The notes under the pieces are model-generated. The model did no database searches. It saw only the letters and a list, made by a program, of their open reading frames with translations, and was not told the DNA's origin. This document shows, one piece after another, positions 38,444 through 47,884 of a DNA stretch of 64,000 bases; position 1 is the first letter of the stretch, and every line of letters starts with the position of its first letter. A program made the position numbers and the translations under genes. This stretch comes from Candidatus Moraniibacteriota bacterium (GTDB lineage Bacteria; Patescibacteriota; Minisyncoccia; Moranbacterales; UBA1568), in contig JBPOHW010000001.1 in the NCBI GenBank assembly GCA_052035095.1, forward strand, positions 44,857 to 108,856, read 5' to 3'.

Positions 38444-38495
38444 GACGCCACTCCCCTTTCCGAAACGACGGAAAAGAGGGGGGTGGCGTTTTTTC
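38444..38495 (+). terminator. strong rho-independent terminator
   Basis: gacgccactcccctttccgaaacgacggaaaagaggggggtggcgtttttt. Confidence 0.75.
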
Positions 38496-38499
38496 TAAT

Positions 38500-38750
38500 C
38501 GGTTTCCGTGATAAAGTAGAATCCGTGATAAAGTAGAAATAGAGAGAGCGGAAGAATTTCTTGAAAAATTACGAGAAAGCGGGTGGTTCCAGTCTCGTCT
38601 CGACGAGAAAGGTAAACGTGTCTATTCATTGAGAAGCACCTTGTTTAAAGTGAAAAAAGATCTCCTGGAGAAGAAGTTTTTGGAACATGTTTCCGAATTT
38701 CTCTCCACACAGTATTATTCTTTGCTTCTTTCTATTTATGTCGCATAACT
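38500..38750 (+). pseudogene. possible gene remnant (winged-helix-like C-terminal fragment) preceded by an 18-bp tandem duplication
   Basis: tccgtgataaagtagaa occurs twice in tandem. An open frame with no start reads EEFLEKLRESGWFQSRLDEKGKRVYSLRSTLFKVKKDLLEKKF... Confidence 0.25.
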
Positions 38751-38826
38751 TACATTATGCGACAGTGTAGATATTCGAAAACACTCAAGCGCAAGCATTC
38801 CATTTTCCATTATTCCCCCTTCCCTC

Positions 38827-39177
38827 CTATCCCTGTTTCTTGAACCGGACAGCGAAGACGGGTTCGTATTTGTTGCCGTATTCGTCTACCGCCTCGACCG
38901 TTTTGCCATCCATCAAGGTCGTCATAGCCATATCGGTGAGCATTTCTTGATTTGCCTTGATTTCATCAGAGAGTTCTTCGTAGCGTTCATAGCGTTTGCC
39001 GAGCGAGTCCTTGGCTTTTTGTTCAAAGAGGGTCTTTTTTTCGCGCGCCTTCTCGAGTTCCTCGACCGCCTTCTCATAGTCGAGGTTTTGCACCAAGACA
39101 TCGCGGTATTCTTTCTTTATTTCCTTCTGTTCCTTTTTCATCTCCTGGATATGTTTGAAGAGTTCCTGCAATTCCAT
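38827..39177 (-). CDS. coiled-coil protein (hypothetical)
   Basis: MELQELFKHIQEMKKEQKEIKKEYRDVL..., 116 aa. The ORF extends to a GTG at 39267 that lies inside the repeated upstream element. Confidence 0.4.
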   Translation of the reverse strand: MELQELFKHIQEMKKEQKEIKKEYRDVLVQNLDYEKAVEELEKAREKKTLFEQKAKDSLGKRYERYEELSDEIKANQEMLTDMAMTTLMDGKTVEAVDEYGNKYEPVFAVRFKKQG

Positions 39178-39234
39178 AGTTTTTTCTGAAAAATTATGTT
39201 TTATGCCAATTTGTCTTGATTCTGCTACCTTGAA

Positions 39235-39327
39235 AGTTGCCTCGACCAAGAAAAGACTTTTTCTCACATGCTCCTCTCTATCGGAGCAAACTTTCGAAAA
39301 ATTCTTTTCTTGGTCTCGGCGTGCATG
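39235..39327 (-). promoter_or_regulatory. conserved roughly 95-bp upstream element, copy 1 (18-bp inverted repeat around a core with GAGGAG-cATGTGA)
   Basis: agttgcctcgaccaagaaaagactttttctcacatgctcctctctatcggagcaaactttcgaaaaattcttttcttggtctcggcgtgcatg. Near-identical copy at 40101-40195. Confidence 0.5.
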
Positions 39328-39468
39328 TAGAGAAGATTTTGTCCTAATTTTTCTTCAAACAAAAAAGCGCCCGCGCACTTTTTTGTTTTTGTTTGATCAC
39401 CTACGGAACAAGTATACCGTCTTTTCCCGTTTCCAACAAGAAAACAAACAGGGATTGAAAATTGAGCG

Positions 39469-40056
39469 CTACTTTTTCTCCGACTCCCCTTCTTTCTTCG
39501 CTTCTTCTTGTTTTTCTTCCATTTTCTTCCAGTGCGTAGCGTCTTTCATAAGGAGTTCACGGAGCGTTCCGGTTACGGAATAGGTATTCTTAATCCCGTC
39601 TTTGCGGAAAGAAAACTCTTGCGGGATGGCGCCCGGATTTCCGGCATAGAAGATTTGCTCCTTGCCGTTTTTTTCACGGATGGCGAGACGGATGCCTTCA
39701 TCTTTCGTCACGCCGAATTTTTTGAAGTTTTCCTCGTTTTTCGAGACCATTTCGCGAATTTCGAGCGTGGCAAATGCTTGGAAAAGCGCCGCTATCTTTT
39801 CCTTGTCAACGAGATCGGCGCCAATCTTCCAATCCTCTCCGAATTTCTCGAGCACGATTTCCTCCGCGTCCTTCTGTTTCATCGCGATACGATCGACGGA
39901 ATTCTCCGTGAAAACGTCGAGATTCACGCTGGTATTTGTCGATGGAGTCGTCTCACTCCCCTTCCCTGCGAAAAGATCGCCAATCCATGGGATGATGGCA
40001 AGTACCACGAGAATCAAGAAAATTCCCGACGCGACTTTGAGAAATGTATTATTCAT
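39469..40056 (-). CDS. membrane-anchored protein, probably the DUF4340-type partner of the GldG-like ABC system
   Basis: N-terminal TM then a soluble domain. Lies immediately downstream of the gldFG-like gene. Confidence 0.5.
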   Translation of the reverse strand: MNNTFLKVASGIFLILVVLAIIPWIGDLFAGKGSETTPSTNTSVNLDVFTENSVDRIAMKQKDAEEIVLEKFGEDWKIGADLVDKEKIAALFQAFATLEIREMVSKNEENFKKFGVTKDEGIRLAIREKNGKEQIFYAGNPGAIPQEFSFRKDGIKNTYSVTGTLRELLMKDATHWKKMEEKQEEAKKEGESEKK

Positions 40057-40100
40057 AGGGGGTGTGTTATATCAGATTACTTCACCTCTACTCCCTTGTG

Positions 40101-40195
40101 AGTTGCCTCGACTGCAAAAAATAATTTTTTTCACATGTTCCTCTCTATCGGAGCAAACTTGAAAAAAATTATTTTTTGCAGTCTCGGCGTGCATG
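40101..40195 (-). promoter_or_regulatory. conserved roughly 95-bp upstream element, copy 2
   Basis: agttgcctcgactgcaaaaaataatttttttcacatgttcctctctatcggagcaaacttgaaaaaaattattttttgcagtctcggcgtgcatg. Confidence 0.5.
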
Positions 40196-40221
40196 GCGGG
40201 AGTCTTCAAAGTAATTTGATA

Positions 40222-42522
40222 CTATTCTTCTTCACCATAGGCGAGGCGCTTCTTGCGACTCCTTCGGTACAGGCGGAAGACTCCGTATCCGGCGGGAACA
40301 AGGAGTGCAAACGCCATATTGCCAAATTTGAGGAGATTGGGTTCCGAGGGATTCCTAAAAGAGAATTTTCGCCCCGAAGCGTTCTTCGCGGTAATCGACC
40401 CCAGTGAAGACTCCTGTCCAAGCCAGGCGAGAGCTTCCAGTCCGAAAGAGAGATTGGCGGAATTATTCCCGACAAACTGATCGGTCAAAAAGTCCGAGTC
40501 TCCAACAATAACGCTCCGCCACGGTTTCCCTTCTTTGCTTGACGTAAGCGCGATAGCGAGGGTGCGCTTGCTGAGATCGGTTTGCGAGAATTTCTGATCC
40601 GGTTCGATCGAGAAATCGGCATCCTTCCTCCCTGCAAACGGAGTGGTTTCAAAGAGGCTTGTTTTTTCGTATCCCTTTTCCTTCAAAACCGAATCATTCG
40701 TCTCCACGCTACTCGGCCACGGAAGAGAAAGCTCATTCAAAGAGGCGGTAATCGGGGAGGCGCTTTCTATTTTTTGAGCACGCACCCAGAGCGGATAGGG
40801 CAATATATACTGCATTTGCCCGCCACCAAAGCTCACCGATTCATTGGCGCGAAGATCATAGACCATATCCTTTCCAATCGTGATGCCGGTTTCGGTTGCG
40901 AGAAAGTCGGCAAAGTCACTCGCGTTTTTCGAAGCGGTCATAACGCTCGGCGAAACCGTGACACCGTCAACAAGAAAGAGCGCGTTTCCTCCCTTCCCGA
41001 TGAAGTCGGTTATGGATTTCTTTTCTTCATCGGAGTAATTTTGATCCGGACCGGCAACAATAATCACCTTCACATCATCCGGTATGGTGAGGCGTTTTTT
41101 GGGTGGCATTTCCGGTTCCCCTTCTTTCTTTTTCTCTGAGGATTTCGCGGAGTCATCTTTCGCGATATCTTCCGCCGCGATTTCTTTTACCTCGAATTGC
41201 TTCCGCCATTCCTCGGAAATGCGACGATAATCCTGGAAGAGACTCTTTTCGCCGTGCCCGGAAATGAAACCGACTACCGGCTTGTTGTCGGTCGTGAGTT
41301 TTTTGAGGAAACTTGAGAGTTGATACTCGAGATCACGCGTGTTTTGTACAAAAGGAATGGTTTCGTGCTCGCCGCCATAGGAAACGACGATGCCGAGATA
41401 CCCTTCCTGGACCTGAAATTGTTCCTCTGAAACCGTGTTAAACCGGACCGCCTGCACGCCAAGCGATCGCGCTTCGCTCGCTATCTTTTCGTCCCCGAGC
41501 GGATTTTTTATGGCAAGCTGAACTTTTCCCTCGGCGAGCGTTCGATAATCGGCAAGCATATCTTTGACCTCTCGCATTGTCGGCTGGAACTCGGACGGCA
41601 AACGATCCGAGACGTAGAGCGTGATGTTTATAATATCGTCCGGAAGCCCCGAGAGAAGCGATTCGGTCGCCGGAGAGAGCGTGTAGAGTTTCTCTTCGGT
41701 CAAATCAAGACGCCCGGGAATACGCGATCCGACCACATTTGACACGACCGCAATGCCAAAAAGAAGGAAAATCGCCAGTCGGTACTGCTGATAGGTCTTC
41801 CGTTTATTGCCATACTTAATGCGGATGACATTGAGGAGCGCGACACCGAGAAAGACACCGGTAAACGATACAAAATACCACAGATCTCGTAGATCAACGA
41901 CACCTCGCGCAAGTGAGTTGAAGTGATTGTACGCCGAGAGTTGTTCGAGGAACGGCGCCAAAAAGAGCGGGAGGCGGGCGGTCGCGATTTCCATTCCCGA
42001 AATGATGAGAAAGAAACTGATTACGGCGGAAACGATAAAAGCGGTCACCTGACTCGCGACGAAGCTCGACACCGCGATGCCGAGACTGGAGAGCACCGAA
42101 GCGAGCAAAACGCCCCCGATATACTGCGCGATCATACGTCCCCAGTCCATATCTCCAAAAAAGCCGAAGCTCCACGCGATCGGAAACGCAAAAGCCGTGG
42201 CGATGGAGAAGAAAAACAGAATGCCAAGGAACTTCCCGAGAATGAGATCGGCCGGCCGTATCGGGCGTGTCAAGAGAAACTCGACGGTTCCCTCGCTCTT
42301 CTCCTCGGCGAGCGTCCCCATAGCGAGCGCCGGAATAACGAGGAGCGAGAGCCATGGCAAGAGTTCGAAAAGATTACGGACGGAGACTTCCCCGATCAAA
42401 AACACCTGCCGGAAAAACAAAAACTCCCACAAGAGAAGAAATGCCGCGATGATGATATAAGCGGTCGGATTGTTGAAATACGACTGTAACTCTTTTCGAA
42501 CAATAGTCAGTATGTTTTTCAT
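40222..42522 (-). CDS. fused ABC-2 permease (GldF-like) plus GldG-like extracytoplasmic domain protein
   Basis: N-terminal six-TM ABC-2 permease domain, then a roughly 500-aa GldG-type domain with a C-terminal TM. 766 aa. Confidence 0.8.
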   Translation of the reverse strand: MKNILTIVRKELQSYFNNPTAYIIIAAFLLLWEFLFFRQVFLIGEVSVRNLFELLPWLSLLVIPALAMGTLAEEKSEGTVEFLLTRPIRPADLILGKFLGILFFFSIATAFAFPIAWSFGFFGDMDWGRMIAQYIGGVLLASVLSSLGIAVSSFVASQVTAFIVSAVISFFLIISGMEIATARLPLFLAPFLEQLSAYNHFNSLARGVVDLRDLWYFVSFTGVFLGVALLNVIRIKYGNKRKTYQQYRLAIFLLFGIAVVSNVVGSRIPGRLDLTEEKLYTLSPATESLLSGLPDDIINITLYVSDRLPSEFQPTMREVKDMLADYRTLAEGKVQLAIKNPLGDEKIASEARSLGVQAVRFNTVSEEQFQVQEGYLGIVVSYGGEHETIPFVQNTRDLEYQLSSFLKKLTTDNKPVVGFISGHGEKSLFQDYRRISEEWRKQFEVKEIAAEDIAKDDSAKSSEKKKEGEPEMPPKKRLTIPDDVKVIIVAGPDQNYSDEEKKSITDFIGKGGNALFLVDGVTVSPSVMTASKNASDFADFLATETGITIGKDMVYDLRANESVSFGGGQMQYILPYPLWVRAQKIESASPITASLNELSLPWPSSVETNDSVLKEKGYEKTSLFETTPFAGRKDADFSIEPDQKFSQTDLSKRTLAIALTSSKEGKPWRSVIVGDSDFLTDQFVGNNSANLSFGLEALAWLGQESSLGSITAKNASGRKFSFRNPSEPNLLKFGNMAFALLVPAGYGVFRLYRRSRKKRLAYGEEE

Positions 42523-42574
42523 AGAGAGACTTCAATGTTCAGCAACAGAGGAAAGGTGTATACAGGTATCGTTT

Positions 42575-42628
42575 TGAATATTGTTATTTGAGATTTATTT
42601 GGAGCTTGGAATTTGATATTTGGAACTT
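42575..42628. repeat. family-1 palindromic element, short copy 3
   Basis: ttgttatttgagatttatttggagcttggaatttgatatttggaacttcc, lying between the ABC ATPase and permease genes. Confidence 0.55.
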
Positions 42629-42633
42629 CCCAC

Positions 42634-43557
42634 TTATTCTTTTGTCAAAGCCTGGAAAATATCTTCGAGCTTGCGTTCTTCTTCGTGCATATCCCAGAGC
42701 ACCCAGTGTTTTTGCCAGGCGAGTTTTGAGATATCCGGGCGGATTTCCCGATCATGATCGAGTGAGAGTGTGCCGGAAACGCGATTCCCCGATTTCTTTT
42801 TGAGTGTGAGAGACTTTTCCCCCGCAAGGCGTTTCAATTCCGATTCAATTCCCTCCCCTTCAATATCAATCGAAATAATTTTTTCGCCAAGCGCTCGCGC
42901 GGAAAGCTCGCTCGCCGTCCCATCGGCCGCGAGCTTCCCTTTGTTGAGAATGAGCATCCGACCACACACGGCGGACGCTTCTTGCATAACATGGGTACTC
43001 ATAATAACCGTGTGTTTCTTGGCGAGATCTTTGATGAGTTCCCGGATCTCCCCTCGCTGAATGGGGTCGAGCCCCTCGGTCGGCTCATCCATAATGATGA
43101 TATCCGGATTGTGAATGAGCGCCGCGGCGATGCCCGTTCGCTGACGAAATCCCTTGGAGAGTTCGCCGATCGGGCGATAGTACATCTTCTCGATACCGAC
43201 CGCGCGCACGACGAAATCCGTCGCGGAGGCGCGTTTCGCGGGCGAAATCCGGTGGAGGCGCGCCGCGAGATCGAGAAACTCCGAAACCTGCATCGTCTTG
43301 TAGAGCGGATTGTTCTCGGGAAGATAACCGATTTTTTTCTGAACGGATACCGGATCTTTCTCGATATCGAGACCATCGATCGTAATCGTACCCCTATCCG
43401 GCGCGAGAAACCCGGTAATCATACGAAGCGTCGTCGTTTTGCCGGCGCCATTGGGTCCCAAGAAGCCGATCACTTCGCCCGAGTCGACCGAAAACGAAAG
43501 ATCATTCACCGCCTTCACTCGTCCAAAATATTTCGTCACGTTTTTGAGCGTAATCAT
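42634..43557 (-). CDS. ABC transporter ATP-binding protein (GldA-like)
   Basis: Walker A GPNGAGKTT, signature LSKGFRQR, Walker B IIIMDEPTEGLD. Confidence 0.85.
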   Translation of the reverse strand: MITLKNVTKYFGRVKAVNDLSFSVDSGEVIGFLGPNGAGKTTTLRMITGFLAPDRGTITIDGLDIEKDPVSVQKKIGYLPENNPLYKTMQVSEFLDLAARLHRISPAKRASATDFVVRAVGIEKMYYRPIGELSKGFRQRTGIAAALIHNPDIIIMDEPTEGLDPIQRGEIRELIKDLAKKHTVIMSTHVMQEASAVCGRMLILNKGKLAADGTASELSARALGEKIISIDIEGEGIESELKRLAGEKSLTLKKKSGNRVSGTLSLDHDREIRPDISKLAWQKHWVLWDMHEEERKLEDIFQALTKE

Positions 43558-43741
43558 ATCGGTAGTATGTGTATTCGAAACAAAAAAGAACGTTCACGTT
43601 TCCCTATTGTAAAGGAGAACTTTTCTCACTGTCAATTCTTGACAGAACGACGTAATTTTTTCCAAATGAAAAATACATCGCCTTCCGACAATTTTTTGTA
43701 GTTGCTCTAATTTGCACCAATTAAAGCTGACACACCGTCAC

Positions 43742-44254
43742 CTACTGTATTTGCCCAACAATAACAACAGGGTTCTTGCCATATTTCTTGGCGCACTTGG
43801 GGCATGTGGTATACCACATATACATTTTTTTAATTGAAATGCCCTTACTCTTAACGTAGCTTTCGAAATCCTTCATCCATTTTCCGGTATCTTTGAAGTT
43901 TCCTTCGTATACTTTACTGAGGAATGTCCCGCTCAACGTAACATTATTTGCACCGGCAACTTCTGTATCGACCGCCACATACAAATCCATATTCCACTTA
44001 GAAGTATGATCGGACAAACAAATATAGTCCGGTGTTTGCGCACCCGCTTTCTCAATCTTACTCATTATTCCCTTCATCACTTGACCGAAATTAATCGGCA
44101 CATAAAACAGCGTGCAAACGTTATCCTTGATGAATTTTTTATTGTTCCAGTTAAATTCTTTGTTCTCCCAAGGAATGGGATCAAATTTAAGGCAGCATAC
44201 CTCGCTTTGGCTATTTACATACTTATCTATAAGAATGTTGCTCATATTTCTCAT
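43742..44254 (-). CDS. hypothetical protein (AT-rich gene)
   Basis: 170 aa, no recognised motif except C-terminal TTCPKCAKKYG. Low GC compared with its neighbours. Confidence 0.4.
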   Translation of the reverse strand: MRNMSNILIDKYVNSQSEVCCLKFDPIPWENKEFNWNNKKFIKDNVCTLFYVPINFGQVMKGIMSKIEKAGAQTPDYICLSDHTSKWNMDLYVAVDTEVAGANNVTLSGTFLSKVYEGNFKDTGKWMKDFESYVKSKGISIKKMYMWYTTCPKCAKKYGKNPVVIVGQIQ

Positions 44255-44270
44255 TAAAAAATTATAAAAA

Positions 44271-44696
44271 TCACTTCCAAAATTGCAAAAGCAATCCAAA
44301 GACTATAAATATGACCAATTGATACCCGCCTTGGATGAGAAACCGCGCCCATTTTTGTTTCCCTGGTTCATTGGTCCACATCACCGCGCCGGCGAGAGTT
44401 GGGATGACAAACGCCGCCCATACCCAAAGCGCCCTCTCCACTCCGCTCACCCGCGCAGTATCGGCAATCAAATGTGAAAGGACCAATACCTGAAAAAGCG
44501 TCAACATAAATTGCACGCCATACAAAGGACCGGCGCCTTTTTGCATATTCTTTCGCGCCTCCACATCATCCGGAGTAACCCCGACAATTTCCATCCATTT
44601 CTTGCCGAAAAGCGGTCCATACCAGAGCGCGCCGATTGCCATAGACAAGACTGCCCCCACAAATATCGCCATATAATTCACCGAAAGTGTTTCCAT
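44271..44696 (-). CDS. DUF1761-family membrane protein
   Basis: N-terminus YMAIFVGAVLSMAIGALWYGPLFGKKWM matches the DUF1761 signature. Four TM segments. Confidence 0.6.
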   Translation of the reverse strand: METLSVNYMAIFVGAVLSMAIGALWYGPLFGKKWMEIVGVTPDDVEARKNMQKGAGPLYGVQFMLTLFQVLVLSHLIADTARVSGVERALWVWAAFVIPTLAGAVMWTNEPGKQKWARFLIQGGYQLVIFIVFGLLLQFWK

Positions 44697-44705
44697 AGGT
44701 TTGTA

Positions 44706-45002
44706 TCAAAAATTACAATTACTTTCGCATTCAAATAGTTTGCTGTTGTCGTCGTTGTTGGCATCGATACACTTCTGGACACAGGACGCGCACGCTGTAA
44801 ACTGCGGATTTTCTCCCTGCTGACATATGCCGTTTTGAACGCCGCATTTTGCGTATTGCAGACACCGGTCGCCAACCATATACATCTCCGTGCACATCTC
44901 CGCCGGATGAGCTCCGCACACAATATCCAAGCCATGACACGTTTCCAATCCGCACGATGAGTCGCTGGGCACCTCTCCGCAGGACTCCTCCCAAATCCGC
45001 AA
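44706..45002 (-). CDS. cysteine-rich small protein (16 Cys in 98 aa), hypothetical
   Basis: TTG start with GAGGAG 12 nt upstream. No signal peptide. ...CGLETCHGLDIVCGAHPAEMCTEMY...CQQGENPQFTACASCVQKC... Confidence 0.3.
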   Translation of the reverse strand: MRIWEESCGEVPSDSSCGLETCHGLDIVCGAHPAEMCTEMYMVGDRCLQYAKCGVQNGICQQGENPQFTACASCVQKCIDANNDDNSKLFECESNCNF

Positions 45003-45192
45003 ACATTTTTACTTCTCCTCGCACCATGAATAGCCGGCGGAACCGATACACCCGTGTTCATCTCTGTCTCCACCCACAATATGTTCAACCACGCGGCATT
45101 CTTTGGCGGAAAATTCACCGACAATCGCGTCTCCTTGATCAATATATTTCCTCTTTTGTGGAGAGGGGGTTATAGATACCTTTTTCCATTTT

Positions 45193-45261
45193 ATAAGCTG
45201 ACACTCTGGGACGAAGTTGGAACGTATTTATTCGGGCTTCCTTACTGAAATTATCGCATAG
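45193..45261. repeat. repeat A (ataagctgacactctgggacgaagttggaacgtatttattcgggcttccttactgaaattatcgcatag)
   Basis: About 90% identical over 60 nt to repeat C at 47819-47884. Partial copy B at 47193-47231. Confidence 0.65.
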
Positions 45262-45446
45262 AATTAAGCTTTCGGCCAACCGCGAACTGTTGGTAGCTTT
45301 TCCATCCGCAGAAGGAAGGTTTCAACTCAATACGTACAAAATACATTCATAAAGCCATAAACGGTGAATTCTAGAATTTAATGCCCGCTGGACGCTCTAC
45401 TTTGATTGCTCTACAATAAAAGTTCACTTTTACCTTACATTTTCCT

Positions 45447-46370
45447 ATGCCACTTATTTCCATTCGTGACGTATCAAAAACCTACAAGGGCGGATCAACC
45501 GCGCTCAAGCATATTTCGCTTGATATTGAGAAAGGCGAAATTTTCGCGCTCCTGGGACCAAACGGCGCCGGAAAAACGACGCTCATCGGTATCGTGACCG
45601 GACTCGTCACCCTCACTTCCGGCACGGTCACCGTCGCGGGAAAAGACATCATCAAGGACTATCGCGCCACGCGGAGTATGATCGGCTTTGTACCGCAAGA
45701 AATCGCTCTCGATATCTTCCTCTCCGTCGAACAGGTTTTGAAAAATCAACGCGGTTTCTACGGCAAACCCGCGCACCCCAAACTGCTCGAGCGCATTCTG
45801 AAGGACTTGTCGCTCTGGGAGAAGCGGCACGAGGAAATTCGCTTTCTCTCGGGCGGTATGAAACGCCGCGTTCTCATCGCAAAAGCGCTCACCAATGAAC
45901 CGAGCATTCTCTTTCTCGATGAACCGACGGCCGGTGTCGATGTTGAGCTTCGCAAAGATATGTGGGATCACATACGCCGGCTTCGCGATCGCGGCACAAC
46001 GATCATTCTCACAACGCACTATATCGAGGAAGCCGAGCTCCTCGCCGATCGCATCGGCATCATCAATCGCGGACAGCTCATCCTCGTCGAGGACAAAAAG
46101 ACACTGATGCGAAAAATGGGCGAGAAAACCATCACCATACATCTCTCGGAGCCGATTCCGTCTCTCCCGAAATCGCTTCACGATAAGCGTCTCATCCTTT
46201 CGCAAAACGGTCGGGAAATTTCCCTCCAATATTCGTCCGACGAGACCTGCGTTTTTCCGCTCCTCAACAAACTGGCAGAACATCGCCTCCCCGTATGCGA
46301 CGTGACCACCACGGAAACAAGCCTCGAAGAAATCTTTGTAAATCTGATCGGTGATAAAAAAACACTATGA
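45447..46370 (+). CDS. ABC transporter ATP-binding protein
   Basis: Walker A GPNGAGKTT, signature LSGGMKRR, Walker B LFLDEPTAGVD. Confidence 0.85.
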   Translation: MPLISIRDVSKTYKGGSTALKHISLDIEKGEIFALLGPNGAGKTTLIGIVTGLVTLTSGTVTVAGKDIIKDYRATRSMIGFVPQEIALDIFLSVEQVLKNQRGFYGKPAHPKLLERILKDLSLWEKRHEEIRFLSGGMKRRVLIAKALTNEPSILFLDEPTAGVDVELRKDMWDHIRRLRDRGTTIILTTHYIEEAELLADRIGIINRGQLILVEDKKTLMRKMGEKTITIHLSEPIPSLPKSLHDKRLILSQNGREISLQYSSDETCVFPLLNKLAEHRLPVCDVTTTETSLEEIFVNLIGDKKTL

Positions 46371-47134
46371 ACCTGAACCTCATCGCCTTCAAAACGCTCT
46401 TTATGAAAGAGGTCGGGCGCTCCAAAGACGTCCTCATACAGGCGTTTCTTTCGCCGGTGATCACCACCTTTCTCTATTTCCTCGTCTTCGGAAGCGCGGT
46501 CGGCGGAAACATCCCGCCGATACAAGGCGTCCCCTATAGCCAATTCATCGTGCCCGGCCTCATTATGATGGCGCTCCTTATGAATTCGCTTATGGCATCG
46601 TCGAGCGGCATCTATTTCCCGCGATTCATCGGCACGATGAGCGACCTCCTCACGTCGCCCCTGTCGTACCTCGAAATCGTTATGGGATTCGCCCTTTCCG
46701 CAACCGCGCGCGCCCTCGCGATCGGTACGACCATTTTCGTCATCGCGTGGCTCTTGACCGGCATCACCATCCTGCATATTTTCTTCGTGATCGTTTTTTC
46801 ACTCATAACGACACTCACCTTTTCCCTTCTCGGACTCATCCTCGGCATCTGGGCGAAGGACTTCGAACAATTGAGCGTTGTTCCGACACTCGTCCTCACC
46901 CCGCTTACATTCCTGGGTGGCGTCTTTTACTCCGTCGAGATGCTCCCTCCCGCCTGGCAAAAGGTGACGCTCATCAACCCCATCTTCTATATGATCGACG
47001 GTCTTCGTTGGGGATTCTTCGGCACTTCGGATGTTTCCCCGTGGACAAGCGTCGCCATCATCGGCGCGCTCCTCATCGCCTCGATCGCCATCCTCCGGCA
47101 TATGTTCAAAACCGGATATCAATTGAAGATCTAA
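46367..47134 (+). CDS. ABC-2 family transporter permease
   Basis: Six TM segments. Start overlaps the ATPase stop (atga). Confidence 0.8.
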   Translation: MNLNLIAFKTLFMKEVGRSKDVLIQAFLSPVITTFLYFLVFGSAVGGNIPPIQGVPYSQFIVPGLIMMALLMNSLMASSSGIYFPRFIGTMSDLLTSPLSYLEIVMGFALSATARALAIGTTIFVIAWLLTGITILHIFFVIVFSLITTLTFSLLGLILGIWAKDFEQLSVVPTLVLTPLTFLGGVFYSVEMLPPAWQKVTLINPIFYMIDGLRWGFFGTSDVSPWTSVAIIGALLIASIAILRHMFKTGYQLKI

Positions 47135-47192
47135 CATCCCAATAAAAAACCCTCTCAACCATGAGAGGGAACGAGAGAACAAAGGAAAATTC

Positions 47193-47231
47193 ATAAGCTG
47201 GGGCTGTGGGATAAAGTTGGAATATATTTGG
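47193..47231. repeat. repeat B (partial copy of A/C)
   Basis: ataagctggggctgtgggataaagttggaatatatttgg. Confidence 0.5.
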
Positions 47232-47355
47232 ATCGGTGTCCAACATTCATTGATTTGTTTGATTGTACGGTAAATTTTTGAAAAATAAAAACGACCTCTT
47301 GAGGCGGGTCGTAGTAGCGCTTGCGGATTGTAAGCGCAGCCTGTATGGAGAACAT

Positions 47356-47688
47356 CTATTTTATCGGCAATCGTTTATAGATATCATGAGGAAGAAACTC
47401 AAGTGCTATCGATTCCGGAACCCCTGCCTCAATGAGGTTTCTTACGATTCCGAGTGCGAGAGAGACAAGGTGCTGCACAGCGAATTTCCCGGGACCGATG
47501 CTGGAGAATGCACTGGCTCCATTGTCAGGTTGCATAATGGAAACATCAGCATTTTGAGAAAGCCACTCCGCATATTTGGGCGGTATTGTGACAGAAACCT
47601 CTTCATAAAAAGGATCCATGAGTCCAACATCTCTGACGCCGGTAACTTCGACGAGCGTATCTTCTATAATTTTCTCATAATCAAACAT
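47356..47688 (-). CDS. hypothetical protein
   Basis: 110-aa ORF; no motif recognised. Confidence 0.45.
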   Translation of the reverse strand: MFDYEKIIEDTLVEVTGVRDVGLMDPFYEEVSVTIPPKYAEWLSQNADVSIMQPDNGASAFSSIGPGKFAVQHLVSLALGIVRNLIEAGVPESIALEFLPHDIYKRLPIK

Positions 47689-47818
47689 GGCGCTTCTCCT
47701 TTTGGGTTGTTGAGGGACTTGTCCAAGTTGGACTCAACATGATAACAAATGGAATGCTTGGATGTCAATCCCGCGCTATGAAGGTTTCAAAGTAGCGCTT
47801 GTTTTTTTGCAGACACCG

Positions 47819-47884
47819 TAGCTGGGGCTGTGGGACGAAGTTGGAATGTATTTATTCGGGCTTCCTGCTGAAATTATCGCATAG
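47819..47884. repeat. repeat C
   Basis: tagctggggctgtgggacgaagttggaatgtatttattcgggcttcctgctgaaattatcgcatag. Confidence 0.65.

Noticed and set aside
39178-39267. Longer start (GTG 39267) for the coiled-coil gene
   Set aside because: It would begin inside the duplicated upstream element with an SD only 3 nt from the start codon. The internal ATG at 39177 was preferred.
47819-47884. Repeat A/C as a degenerate tRNA 3' end (att core)
   Set aside because: Shares only gctgggg with the tRNA-Gln 3' end and has no T-arm pairing. The similarity is probably chance.
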